The notes under the pieces are model-generated. The model was given only the letters and a program-made list of their open reading frames with translations. It did no database searches and was not told the origin of the DNA. The translations under genes were made by a program, and so were the position numbers. From positions 384,001-448,000 of the forward strand of contig JBHLNF010000001.1 of NCBI GenBank assembly GCA_048937405.1: a stretch of 64,000 bases of DNA. The letters run 5' to 3'. This DNA is from Promethearchaeota archaeon (lineage in GTDB: Archaea; Asgardarchaeota; Lokiarchaeia; Sigyniarchaeales; SOKP01). Position 1 is the first letter of the stretch, and each line of letters starts with the position of its first letter. This document shows positions 20,622 to 30,531 of the stretch, in pieces.

Positions 20622-21563
20622 ATGCCACCTGTAACAAAACTAATGATACTGGTAGTTGATGATAATAAAGACATCTTATTCAACCTAAGAATTCAATTGG
20701 AAAGCAAAGGATATGAAGTTGAAACAGCATTAAATGGTAAAAATGCGTTAAATGTCCTATCGAAGTTAAAGAATCCTCCTGATTTAATCATTAGCGATAT
20801 TATGATGCCTCAAATGGACGGTTATGAGTTTTTTTCTACGGTTTCAAATAATCCTCAATGGAGTCGTATTCCTTTTTTATTCCTAACCGCGAAATCTACT
20901 CCTGAAGATATAAGATTTGGTAAAATGTTGGGGATTGACGATTACATAACAAAACCTTTTAATAATGAAGATTTATTTGCAACTATCGCAGGAAAGATTG
21001 CTAGACATAAAAAATCTAATCTTATAGATAATGAGATAAAGAAATTATTATCCTCTTTAAATATCAAAACACAACCTTCAATTCCAGCTGGAGATCACAC
21101 ATCCACATGCTTATTTTTAGTATATTGGGATGATGTTTTAGGTCCTATAATAAAGACTCATTATCCTTCCGATAAAGATGTTTCTTTTTCATTACGTTCA
21201 ATAGGTGTTCAGTTATTCCAAGCAGTAATTTCAATTTATGGCCATACTAAAATCACAAGAGCTCAAGGATTTTTGTTAAATATTGAAAATATAAATCAAA
21301 AAGGTTATATCTTTTTTGATTCTTATCCAGATGAAACTGAAAGACATGGAGAAAAACAATACATGATATCTGTTATCTCTCCAAATATTACCTATTTTGA
21401 TTCGCTTGAAATTAAACTTATATTGAAAGAAATTTCTGAAAAAATTAAAAATAAACAAGATTGGGAAATCAAGGAATACTGGGAAAAAGTTATAAGCATA
21501 TTATCAAAAGACTTATTGTTGTTGAATACTCAAAATAGCTCTACATCTAACAAAAATATATAA
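20622..21563 (+). CDS. Response regulator receiver fused to a longin/uDENN-like domain
   Basis: VVDD, DIMMP, LTAK, KPF receiver motifs; C-terminal LVYWDDVLGPIIKTHYP. Confidence 0.8.
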   Translation: MPPVTKLMILVVDDNKDILFNLRIQLESKGYEVETALNGKNALNVLSKLKNPPDLIISDIMMPQMDGYEFFSTVSNNPQWSRIPFLFLTAKSTPEDIRFGKMLGIDDYITKPFNNEDLFATIAGKIARHKKSNLIDNEIKKLLSSLNIKTQPSIPAGDHTSTCLFLVYWDDVLGPIIKTHYPSDKDVSFSLRSIGVQLFQAVISIYGHTKITRAQGFLLNIENINQKGYIFFDSYPDETERHGEKQYMISVISPNITYFDSLEIKLILKEISEKIKNKQDWEIKEYWEKVISILSKDLLLLNTQNSSTSNKNI

Positions 21564-21704
21564 TTTTATAGATTAAAAATCAATCCAATTTTTTCTTTAG
21601 AAAATAAGTAAGAATTATCAATTTCTTTAATAATCTATAGAAAAAACTTTTAAATCTGCTATTCGGCATCATAATATTTAGATTATTATAATATTTTAAG
21701 TTAA

Positions 21705-22031
21705 ATGGTGAATAATGTGTCAGAAGTAAAAGAAGAAGAAAAGTTGTTAAGATCCCCAGAAGTATGTTCTTGGGCTGATGACGAAGAAAATGTTTATAAA
21801 ATTGAAATTCAATTACCTGGAGTAGAAAAAGATTCAATTAAGCTTAAGATGCACGATGATAGTTTTTTTATTAAAGGAGAGACCGAAGATACAGTATACG
21901 TAGGTTCGTACGGTTTATGTTGTCCTATAAATCCTGAAGAAGCAAAAGCAAATTATAAAAATGGATTATTAAAAATTGAGGTCCCTTTTAAAGAACCTGA
22001 ATTTCATAGTATAGATATAAATATTGAATAA
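21705..22031 (+). CDS. Small heat-shock protein (Hsp20)
   Basis: IQLPGVEKDSI, ANYKNGLLKIEVP. Confidence 0.9.
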   Translation: MVNNVSEVKEEEKLLRSPEVCSWADDEENVYKIEIQLPGVEKDSIKLKMHDDSFFIKGETEDTVYVGSYGLCCPINPEEAKANYKNGLLKIEVPFKEPEFHSIDINIE

Positions 22032-22088
22032 ATTACTTTTTTTTCTCTATTTTTTAAATTTAAATGATATTTAGAAATAAAAGTCTAT

Positions 22089-23018
22089 TTAATATTCGAT
22101 ATTCGTTTCTTTAACATAATCAAAAGCTGAATAAGCAGCTATAACACCTTCAGATACTCCTGTAATAGCTTGCTTAAAAGGAGCGTCTGCTACATCTCCC
22201 GCGGCAAAGATTCCCTTAACATTTGTTTCTGATTTCCTGTTAATCAAGATTTCCCCATTTTCATTTGTTTCTACCCCAATTTTCTTAGCTAGATCAGAAT
22301 TAGGAATTGAACCAATATCGATAAATACCCCATCAACTTCCAATTGTTTCCCATTATCAAAATATACCGATCTTACGTTGCCATCCCCTATAATTTCAAT
22401 AACATTGGTTTTATAAATAATTTCAATTATGTCATTTTCTAGAACTCGTTTCTTATTTATAGGTTCTGCTCTAATATCATCTCCGCGATAGATAATATAT
22501 ACTTTTTTTGTATTTTGAGCAAGAAAGAGAGCTTCTTTTGCAGCTGAGTCACTTCCTCCTATTACACAGACTACTTTATCTTTGTAAAAGGGGCCGTCGC
22601 ATGTAGCACAATATGAAACACCTCGTCCTGCAAACTCCTCTTCACCAGGTATACCCAACTTTTTTCTTTCAGATCCAGTAGCAATACAAATACTATATGC
22701 TTTAAATTTTTGGAAAAAGGATTGTAATACAAAATAATCATCCTGTTTTTCAATATTTCGAATTTCATCTGAGATATATGGAATATTTAAAGAATTCATA
22801 TGATCTTTAAACATATCCATTAAACCCTGACCGCTAATACTAGTTATACCTGGATAATTTTCAACGAGATGAGTTGTTGCGATTAATCCTCCAAAAGTCT
22901 TCCCTATGATTAGTACATCCATGGCAAATCGAGCAGCATAGATTGCACATCCAATTGCAGTTGGTCCACCCCCTAAGACGATTAGATCATAGGTTTTTTC
23001 TAAATTAATGTTCTCCAT
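22089..23018 (-). CDS. trxB: Thioredoxin-disulfide reductase
   Basis: GGGP, VENYPG, GRGVSYCATCDG, GIFAAGD; start set to ATG 23018. Confidence 0.93.
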   Translation of the reverse strand: MENINLEKTYDLIVLGGGPTAIGCAIYAARFAMDVLIIGKTFGGLIATTHLVENYPGITSISGQGLMDMFKDHMNSLNIPYISDEIRNIEKQDDYFVLQSFFQKFKAYSICIATGSERKKLGIPGEEEFAGRGVSYCATCDGPFYKDKVVCVIGGSDSAAKEALFLAQNTKKVYIIYRGDDIRAEPINKKRVLENDIIEIIYKTNVIEIIGDGNVRSVYFDNGKQLEVDGVFIDIGSIPNSDLAKKIGVETNENGEILINRKSETNVKGIFAAGDVADAPFKQAITGVSEGVIAAYSAFDYVKETNIEY

Positions 23019-23019
23019 A

Positions 23020-23703
23020 TCAATATTGAACACGTATATTACCTCCAATTAAAGCCCTTAATATTTCATTTGGTCCAACCATTCCAACTAAGGTCTTCTG
23101 ATCATTTATTATAGTATAAGGTACACCAGCAGCATCATAATATTGACCAATATCAGGATTTGCCATGATATCAATTATTACAGTTCTAATTTTTCCCTCT
23201 GAAGCAATCGCGAAAGAATTACTAATTGTAATTACCTGAGGGCAATAGGGACAAGTTTCTGTCATCATAATTTTTATAGTTGATGGTTGGATTCTTTCTA
23301 GATTTTGCTTTATTGTAGCTTCATAATAATTGGGAGTTCCAGCAAAGTTAAATATAGCTTGAATAAAAGGTTGAATTTCTCCTCCTTTTGGGGCTGCTAA
23401 ATATCTAATAATCTCACGCCCATTATTATCTATAAAAAGAATTGTTGGTACTCGATTAATATCATACTTTTTTGCAAAATCTGGATTATCATCTATAGAT
23501 AATTCTTCTATAGTTAACATACCATTTGAATTCTCTTCATAAACCCGTAATAAAGCCATAAATTCCCTACAATCCATACAGGCTCTTATTTGAGTCCCAT
23601 CTGATCGTGTTCCTTGTGAAGTGAAGACTTTAAGTGTAACAGGCTTTTTTAATTTAGCCATTTCTCGTCTAATAATTTCTTTATATCGATCGTCTGAAGA
23701 CAT
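23020..23703 (-). CDS. Protein disulfide oxidoreductase (PDO/AhpF-NTD type)
   Basis: Two thioredoxin folds with CMDC and CPYC. Confidence 0.88.
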   Translation of the reverse strand: MSSDDRYKEIIRREMAKLKKPVTLKVFTSQGTRSDGTQIRACMDCREFMALLRVYEENSNGMLTIEELSIDDNPDFAKKYDINRVPTILFIDNNGREIIRYLAAPKGGEIQPFIQAIFNFAGTPNYYEATIKQNLERIQPSTIKIMMTETCPYCPQVITISNSFAIASEGKIRTVIIDIMANPDIGQYYDAAGVPYTIINDQKTLVGMVGPNEILRALIGGNIRVQY

Positions 23704-23721
23704 CTTTAAAATTCACCTGTT

Positions 23722-24426
23722 TTATGCATACATTCCTCCAAAATCTCTTTCGCCTTTAGTGAGTTTATCTAATAAATCTTGAGGTGTAAACATACCATAT
23801 ATATGATCCTTCTCATTAATAACTGTGTGAGGAACCCCTTGAACTTGATATTTCATACCGAGATCTGGATTCAAATTAACATCAATTACTTCCGCTGAAA
23901 TCTTTCCCTTAGAAACTATGGCAAATAGAGTTAGAACAGGTACCGTTGCTGGACAATATGGACAAGTTGGAGTTATAAAAATTTTCATCTTTGACTTATC
24001 TATTTTTTTCAAATGAGTAAGGATTTGATCTGCATAATATGGCCTTACTCCTGAAAAATATTGTATACTATTCAGAAATGGTACAAATTCAGAACCTGTT
24101 GGATGTGCTAAATATCGAATAATTTCTCTCTCATTCTGATCAACAAATAATATAGCGGGGATCTTATTTACATTAAATTTATTTGCCTCCTCCTCGTTTT
24201 CTTCAATGGAGATCTCTTCTACTTCTAATTTTCCATTAGAATATTCCTCTAAAATCTTTAATAGTTCAAAACTACCTTCACAAGCCATACATTTTCTTAG
24301 TTTTGATCCATCTTCTTGAGTTCTGAAATCTGTAAATAGTTTTAACACTACTTTATCCTTTAATTTAGCCATTTCTCTTTTAATATTATCTATTTCATTT
24401 TGAGAAAATATCACATAAACACCCAT
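23722..24426 (-). CDS. Protein disulfide oxidoreductase paralogue
   Basis: CMAC and CPYC; tandem paralogue of 23020..23703. Confidence 0.88.
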   Translation of the reverse strand: MGVYVIFSQNEIDNIKREMAKLKDKVVLKLFTDFRTQEDGSKLRKCMACEGSFELLKILEEYSNGKLEVEEISIEENEEEANKFNVNKIPAILFVDQNEREIIRYLAHPTGSEFVPFLNSIQYFSGVRPYYADQILTHLKKIDKSKMKIFITPTCPYCPATVPVLTLFAIVSKGKISAEVIDVNLNPDLGMKYQVQGVPHTVINEKDHIYGMFTPQDLLDKLTKGERDFGGMYA

Positions 24427-24560
24427 TTCTGTTCAATCTATTATGAATATTTGCTTTCACCCTTAAAATAATTTTTCGTTTAAAATATAAAAAAAACATA
24501 ATATGAATTGTTTTTAAATAAAACCTTTTATAATTTGACTAATAAATCAAAAGATAAATT

Positions 24561-25745
24561 TCAAGGTTCTTTTAGATTCTTTTCAATAAATTTCCTAAAA
24601 ATCATAAATAATATTAACCCAATTAGAAAACCAACTACAATATTAATATAAAAACAAAAAATAGCAGAAATTAAAATTATTGGAAAAGTTTTTGAATTAA
24701 ATTCTCTAAAAGCAACTTTTCCTAATAAAAAAGCAGTATAAATTAGCATAGCTCCCAAAATTGCCATAGGAAACTCAGTAAATAATAAAAGCAAAGCTTC
24801 AGAAAAGAATAGTCCCAGAATTAATTCCATTATTCCCTCTAATATCATAGAACCACCAGTTCTAGCCCCAAAAGCATATTGAGCCATTAATCCCCCTGAC
24901 CCATGGCATAGCGGCATTCCTGTAACAAATGGATTGATTAAATTCATTGCTCCCATATTAAAAGCTAAAGTATTAGCATCAATCTTATTATTTTCAGGAA
25001 AAAGTTCTTTAACTAAAACAACAGTAGCAACCATAACATTTGTTAATGTTAAAAATAATTGTGCAATTCCAGCATATAACATTCCCAATAGAAAATTATT
25101 CCATGAAGGTACTTGAAGTATTAAATTAGGGATTCCAAAATTCAAGTCTGAAATAAGTATCTTCCCAGTAATAACTAATATTAAAACTCCACCTAAGGTA
25201 AGAATAATTGCCGAAGGAATTGGTTTATTCTTTATTAAAATCAAGATGATTGAAATAGATATAAAACCAAGATATATATTTTCCTTAAATAATATGATTC
25301 CCGTCCAACCTAAAATAAGAGCCAAGCCGAGTTGAATTCCTCTTACAGCGACGATAGGAACTTTGGTTACGATTTTGTTAAGCTTTTTTGAAAAACCAAG
25401 AAGAAACCATATAAGACCTGTACCAAATCCAGTAGAAATAACCATATTAGGATTCCATTTTTTTGAGATGGCCACAGTACCAATTGTTTTTTGTGGTTGT
25501 ACAGGAAGTGGAAGATTAAATTTAATTCCTAAAATTATATTCGTTATTCCTAAAGTAAGAAAAATTCCTGCTGGGCTTAATCCTACAATTGAGATATATC
25601 CAATTATAAATGGAATTAAAGTACCCCAATCTCCAAATGCACCCCCAAATTCTCTTAAAGTAAATTTTTTATGATTCTTTTCAGTAAATTTTTCAATATC
25701 AAAATTATCAGATTCCAAATTTATCAAATAAATAAAAATTGCCAA
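24561..25745 (-). CDS. Molybdate/sulfate transporter (MOT1-like)
   Basis: EFGGAFGDWGT, PLPVQP, PLCHGSGGLMAQYAFGARTGG; start uncertain. Confidence 0.88.
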   Translation of the reverse strand: MAIFIYLINLESDNFDIEKFTEKNHKKFTLREFGGAFGDWGTLIPFIIGYISIVGLSPAGIFLTLGITNIILGIKFNLPLPVQPQKTIGTVAISKKWNPNMVISTGFGTGLIWFLLGFSKKLNKIVTKVPIVAVRGIQLGLALILGWTGIILFKENIYLGFISISIILILIKNKPIPSAIILTLGGVLILVITGKILISDLNFGIPNLILQVPSWNNFLLGMLYAGIAQLFLTLTNVMVATVVLVKELFPENNKIDANTLAFNMGAMNLINPFVTGMPLCHGSGGLMAQYAFGARTGGSMILEGIMELILGLFFSEALLLLFTEFPMAILGAMLIYTAFLLGKVAFREFNSKTFPIILISAIFCFYINIVVGFLIGLILFMIFRKFIEKNLKEP

Positions 25746-25939
25746 AAATAATAAATTTTTTAAAAAGATTTCTCAAAAATTTGAATCAGGGACGTTAATT
25801 TATGCTTGGAAATTAACTTTTTCTCTTTCCATAAATTTAAAAATATTCAATTTATAATTTGTTCAGTTTTAGCTCGATTAAATATATTTGAATAACACAA
25901 TGAATTTATTATTTTATCTACTCATCAAGGAGTATTTCC

Positions 25940-27580
25940 ATGTCGCTTGAAAGTAGATTAAATTTTGAAAAAACCATTTCAAGCATTTCTTCTCGATTTA
26001 TTGGGCGAATAAATCCTGATGAAGCAATAAATTTATCTTTTGAAGACATGGGAACTATATCAAACGCAGATAGAGTCTCTCTTTTTCTTTTTGATGAAGA
26101 TGATAAGATCTTTAAGAATACCCATGAATGGTGCTCAGAAGGAATTAGTTCCCAAATTAAAAACCTCCAAAATGTAGATAGTAAAGTAATTACTTGGTGG
26201 ATTAACCAAGTTGAAAAAATAAGTTTTATTAACATTCGTGATATTTCTACTCTACCAAATAGCGCTCACTCAGTAAAAAGATTTTTGGAATTACAAAATA
26301 TTCAATCATTTTTAGCTTTCCCTATCTATAGTACTGGAATGATTAATGGATTTGTTTGTTTTAGCAAAATAAAAGAAAAAACTCAATGGAAAGGGAAAGA
26401 TTTTGTGATATTAAGAATTTTTGGTCAGAGTCTTGGTGACACAATCGAACGTTTAAATGCGGAAAAAGTGTTAAAAGAGAATCAAGAATTGTTGAGGGCT
26501 ACTTTCGAAGCCACTGCCGATGGAATTCTTGCTATTGACAATAATAACATAATCACTCATTTAAATGAAAGATTCATTTATATGTGGCGCGTTCCTGATG
26601 AGATAATTGATCAAAGAAATTTCACTAAATTAATTAATTATATCATAAAACAGCTAATATATCCAGACAAATTTTTATCAAAATTAAGGAATCTTGAAAA
26701 TTCATCTAAGGATGGTTATGATATGATTTTTTTTAAGGATGGACGAATATTTGAACATTATTCTTGTCCATTAATTCAAGATAGAGAAAAAACAGGAAGG
26801 GTATGGAGTTTCAAAGATATAACTGAACATCAACATGCTGAACAAGAATTAAGAAGATCTGAAAATAGATATCGAGAGGCATATGAAAGAGCAGATTTGT
26901 TTAAAGATGTTTTTACGCACGATATGAATAATGTTTTTCATAATATAAAATCTTCAATAGAACTAATCTCAATTTTGAAAGAAAAATCAAAAAACTTAGA
27001 AAATTTAGACGAGTTTTTTCAAATTATTGATAATCAAATTGAGAGAGGAGTAAAGTTAATTAATAATGTACGCAAAATTTCTAAACTTGATGAAACAGAA
27101 ATATCACTAAAAAGTGTAGATGTTTACAAGGTATTAGATGAAGCATTTCAATTTGCTTATAAAAGTGCCTATGAAAAGAAATTGGATATACAAGTTATTA
27201 AAATTGAAGAGGATCTATTTGTTGAAGCTAATGAGTTTTTGTTAGATGTATTTGAAAACATTCTACATAATGCTATCAAATATAATTATAATGAGCTTGT
27301 AAAAATAACTATTGAAATTACTAAAAGTGTTAGAATTCCTAAGAACTATATTAAAATCGAATTCAAAGATAATGGTATGGGAATTACTGATGAAAAAAAG
27401 AAAGTAATCTTTCAAAAAGGACTTAAAAAAGATAATAAAGTAAGAGGAATGGGAATTGGTTTATCACTTGTAAAAAAAATTATTGAGAGTTATAATGGTG
27501 AAATTTGGGTTGAAAACCGAATACAAAATGACTATTCTAAGGGAAGCAATTTTATAGTTGAAATCCCAGAAGCAAAATAA
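25940..27580 (+). CDS. GAF-PAS sensor histidine kinase
   Basis: NTHEWC GAF, PAS, THDMNN, NAIKY, GMGIGL. Confidence 0.9.
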   Translation: MSLESRLNFEKTISSISSRFIGRINPDEAINLSFEDMGTISNADRVSLFLFDEDDKIFKNTHEWCSEGISSQIKNLQNVDSKVITWWINQVEKISFINIRDISTLPNSAHSVKRFLELQNIQSFLAFPIYSTGMINGFVCFSKIKEKTQWKGKDFVILRIFGQSLGDTIERLNAEKVLKENQELLRATFEATADGILAIDNNNIITHLNERFIYMWRVPDEIIDQRNFTKLINYIIKQLIYPDKFLSKLRNLENSSKDGYDMIFFKDGRIFEHYSCPLIQDREKTGRVWSFKDITEHQHAEQELRRSENRYREAYERADLFKDVFTHDMNNVFHNIKSSIELISILKEKSKNLENLDEFFQIIDNQIERGVKLINNVRKISKLDETEISLKSVDVYKVLDEAFQFAYKSAYEKKLDIQVIKIEEDLFVEANEFLLDVFENILHNAIKYNYNELVKITIEITKSVRIPKNYIKIEFKDNGMGITDEKKKVIFQKGLKKDNKVRGMGIGLSLVKKIIESYNGEIWVENRIQNDYSKGSNFIVEIPEAK

Positions 27581-27624
27581 TAAAAAAATAGTTTTAAGAC
27601 TTGAATGAACTTTTTTTATCTGAT

Positions 27625-28605
27625 TTATAGTAGTAATTCAAATAAATCTTTAGCTTTTGGGTGAATTTTGCATATTTTACTGAAACGACGAAGAATCCAC
27701 CAACAGGAAGGACAGTAAGTGGTTACAAAATCAAGATCCTCTCGATTAAAATCAGACATTCGCTTGCGAGCAATCTTTTCTATTATATCAGTTCGTCCCA
27801 TCCAACCAGATCCTCCTCCACAACACCAATGAGGTATATCTACAACTTCATATCCGGTCTTTTTAAGGATATCATCAATAAACTTTTCTACGCCTTCTCG
27901 ACCTCTATTCATTAATTGACATAGGTGTTGTACTCCTACTTTTCCTGATTTACCAGCATTTAAAGGTTTCAAGTAATCAGCAATGTATTTCACATCTGCA
28001 TCTAAACCATCCATCTCATTTTTAAAAAGATAATAGCAAGCAGGACACAAACAAATTATCTCTTTGAATTTTTCTGAATTAAATAAATCTCTATTTTCCT
28101 TCTTACATATTTCATACTCCGCATTCAAACCACTAATTTTTAAATGCCATCCACAACAAATTTCTGATTCTAAAATAGTGAAATCCACGTCGCGTTGGAT
28201 TAAATATTGAAGAGCATGTTCGGTGTATCGGGGAATTCTTATAGTAGAAAGACATCCCATGAAAAAGAGAGTGTCAGATTTACTCGGTATTTCCTTTAAT
28301 CTTTTTATTCGCATCTTATTAGTTGGATATGGGGATCGGTATTTTTCAAAATATTCACGCATTTCATTAATTTCCTCAAATGTATTTCCATCTTCAATAT
28401 ACTTTTGTTTTAATAAAATACGTTCATTTTCTGTCTCGCATTCTCCACAATGAACGCAATTGTAGAGCTTGTAATAATCCTCTGGTTTAAATTTAATTAA
28501 TTCTTGTTTAAAAATCATTTGTTTTACCGACTCATCACTTAAGAAATTAGTTGGATCTACTTCATCTGTAGGATAGTTTTTTCTTCCTTTTATTCGCTCT
28601 TTCAT
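27625..28605 (-). CDS. Fe-S oxidoreductase with two CCG domains (HdrB/GlpC-like)
   Basis: CVHCGEC, FMGC, ICCG, CPAC, WCCGGG, CPSC. Confidence 0.85.
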   Translation of the reverse strand: MKERIKGRKNYPTDEVDPTNFLSDESVKQMIFKQELIKFKPEDYYKLYNCVHCGECETENERILLKQKYIEDGNTFEEINEMREYFEKYRSPYPTNKMRIKRLKEIPSKSDTLFFMGCLSTIRIPRYTEHALQYLIQRDVDFTILESEICCGWHLKISGLNAEYEICKKENRDLFNSEKFKEIICLCPACYYLFKNEMDGLDADVKYIADYLKPLNAGKSGKVGVQHLCQLMNRGREGVEKFIDDILKKTGYEVVDIPHWCCGGGSGWMGRTDIIEKIARKRMSDFNREDLDFVTTYCPSCWWILRRFSKICKIHPKAKDLFELLL

Positions 28606-28841
28606 CCTAATCAGCTAAGATATTCTTATTTTTTTTTTATTAAAGATTTATATTAACGATAAAAAGATTTTCAAATAAATTTTATTTCATATTAAAATAA
28701 TCAAACTGAATTTTTTATTTATAACATTATATGTTTTAAAATATAAATAAAAAATTCCTATTTAGGGATATAATTAATAAAACTTACTAAGCCTTTATAG
28801 TTCGATTATTATTAAAAAAAAGAAATTCTTGAAGAATTTTA

Positions 28842-28997
28842 TTAATCTTTTTTGATTTTTACATCAGTTCTTTGTACGCCAACTTCCTTATTACTTGGTA
28901 TAGGAGATCCACAATGATCCCTTAACCTTTCACTTTCCTTAAATGCTTTATCAAGTTCTTCTTCTAACTCATCATCAGTTATGTCATTATCTGTCAT
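28842..28997 (-). CDS. Small acidic hypothetical protein (51 aa), absent from ORF track
   Basis: MTDNDITDDELEEELDKAFKESERLRDHCGSP...; more GC-rich than flanks, co-oriented with the FTR operon. Confidence 0.5.
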   Translation of the reverse strand: MTDNDITDDELEEELDKAFKESERLRDHCGSPIPSNKEVGVQRTDVKIKKD

Positions 28998-29067
28998 AAT
29001 TTATAAAGAGTAATTGTATTATTTAAGGATTTTATTTATAAATAAAAAAGATAAATAAATTTATGAT

Positions 29068-29433
29068 TCACTTTCTAAGATATTCTAATACTGCCTTTTC
29101 TTTCTCCTCAGGTCTTCTTTCTGGAACAATTATATAATAAGCACCAATAGTTTCGTAATAATCTGGTTTAAGGTATAAATTACAGTAACATGCACCGTAT
29201 TCTTTAATATCCAATGGAGCATAATCGCAAGGACAAATTAAATCTCTATCCAGATCTCGATTACCTGAAGCAAGACGACATGGACAAGATTGATATCCAT
29301 AATTACTCTTATTTTCTACCAAACCAACAATCAGATTATTTAATGTTTCTTGATCTTTATTTAATATCCATTTATTTGTTTCACAGACTTTATTACAATA
29401 TTCCATCATTCCTTTAATAGTCTCCATATCCAT
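29068..29433 (-). CDS. Ferredoxin-thioredoxin reductase catalytic-subunit-like protein
   Basis: CPCR, CPC, CYC motifs. Confidence 0.9.
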   Translation of the reverse strand: MDMETIKGMMEYCNKVCETNKWILNKDQETLNNLIVGLVENKSNYGYQSCPCRLASGNRDLDRDLICPCDYAPLDIKEYGACYCNLYLKPDYYETIGAYYIIVPERRPEEKEKAVLEYLRK

Positions 29434-29434
29434 T

Positions 29435-29746
29435 CTAATTCCCTCCAGATTTTGTTAATTCTTCATATTTACTAGGATTGTATCCTACTACAACTTCATT
29501 ATCACAAATCATATATGGATATGAAACTCTATTTTGATATGTATATTTTAGATATTCGATTATTTGTAATTTTTCTATAGGTTTAATTTTATCAACATCT
29601 ACATATCTATATTGTATATCATTTTCTTCCAACCAAGTTTTGCATTTTTTACACCACATACAAGTAGATAATGTTAAAAGAATGATATCTCTATTTTTCT
29701 TAGAGCCTTTAACGGTTTTTGCTAGCTTCTCTATAGTTTTTAACAT
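29435..29746 (-). CDS. Glutaredoxin-family protein
   Basis: LSTCMWCKK, SYP, VVGY; adjacent to the FTR-like gene. Confidence 0.88.
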   Translation of the reverse strand: MLKTIEKLAKTVKGSKKNRDIILLTLSTCMWCKKCKTWLEENDIQYRYVDVDKIKPIEKLQIIEYLKYTYQNRVSYPYMICDNEVVVGYNPSKYEELTKSGGN

Positions 29747-29784
29747 AATTTTATTTTCCCCTCATTTTTAAAAAAGTTTTTGCT

Positions 29785-30234
29785 TTAATTTGCTTTAATC
29801 CTCAGTTTCCATTGTGGATCGATACACTCAAAAGCTTCTATAGTCAATGTTCTAATATCACTATGACAAGAATCTAATAAAATACCTAAATGCTCAAGTG
29901 CTCTCTTATCTCCAATTTTCATAAGACTTTCTATAATTATAAATAATCTTGTTTTATCTTGATGTTCTTCAGGTTTCTCTAGTTCCACATTTAAAAAATC
30001 TATAATTGGCATTGTTGCTTTTGGGTCTCCAATTTCACCCATTGCTTCAATAATTCGATTAATTACTACAGCATCTTTTTCTGCTTTTAACGCTCTAAAT
30101 AATATATTAATTGCTCTACCTTCTTTTAATTGACCAAGATTTTGGGCAGCAAAAGCTCTCTCTTTCCAATTAGAATTATTGAACAAATTTTTTACAAACT
30201 TATTGAATGCTTCATTTCGAGTTTTTTGATCCAT
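29785..30234 (-). CDS. HEAT-repeat (PBS lyase-like) protein
   Basis: RAFAAQNLG, IIEAMGEIGD, IIESLMKIGD repeats. Confidence 0.85.
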   Translation of the reverse strand: MDQKTRNEAFNKFVKNLFNNSNWKERAFAAQNLGQLKEGRAINILFRALKAEKDAVVINRIIEAMGEIGDPKATMPIIDFLNVELEKPEEHQDKTRLFIIIESLMKIGDKRALEHLGILLDSCHSDIRTLTIEAFECIDPQWKLRIKAN

Positions 30235-30531
30235 CTTAAGTTTAAAATAAGAATAAGAAATAATAATCTGTCGTTAATAAATTATTAAATATTTTTGAAT
30301 TTAGAATTAAAAATTTAGGGATTTTAATTAAAGTCTTGATAATTCCTCATCTAATCTATTAATATTTTTTTCCAAGTAAAATTAATTATTGAAATGAAAT
30401 AATTTTGATTTGGAAAGCAAGTGTTAATATTTAAAAATAATTCTCAGGTTATTAGCTTATTTTATTTTGTTTAAATCATTAATTATTTTATTTCAATTTG
30501 TTTTATTAGGATCGGCTAAAGGAGTAGTAAT

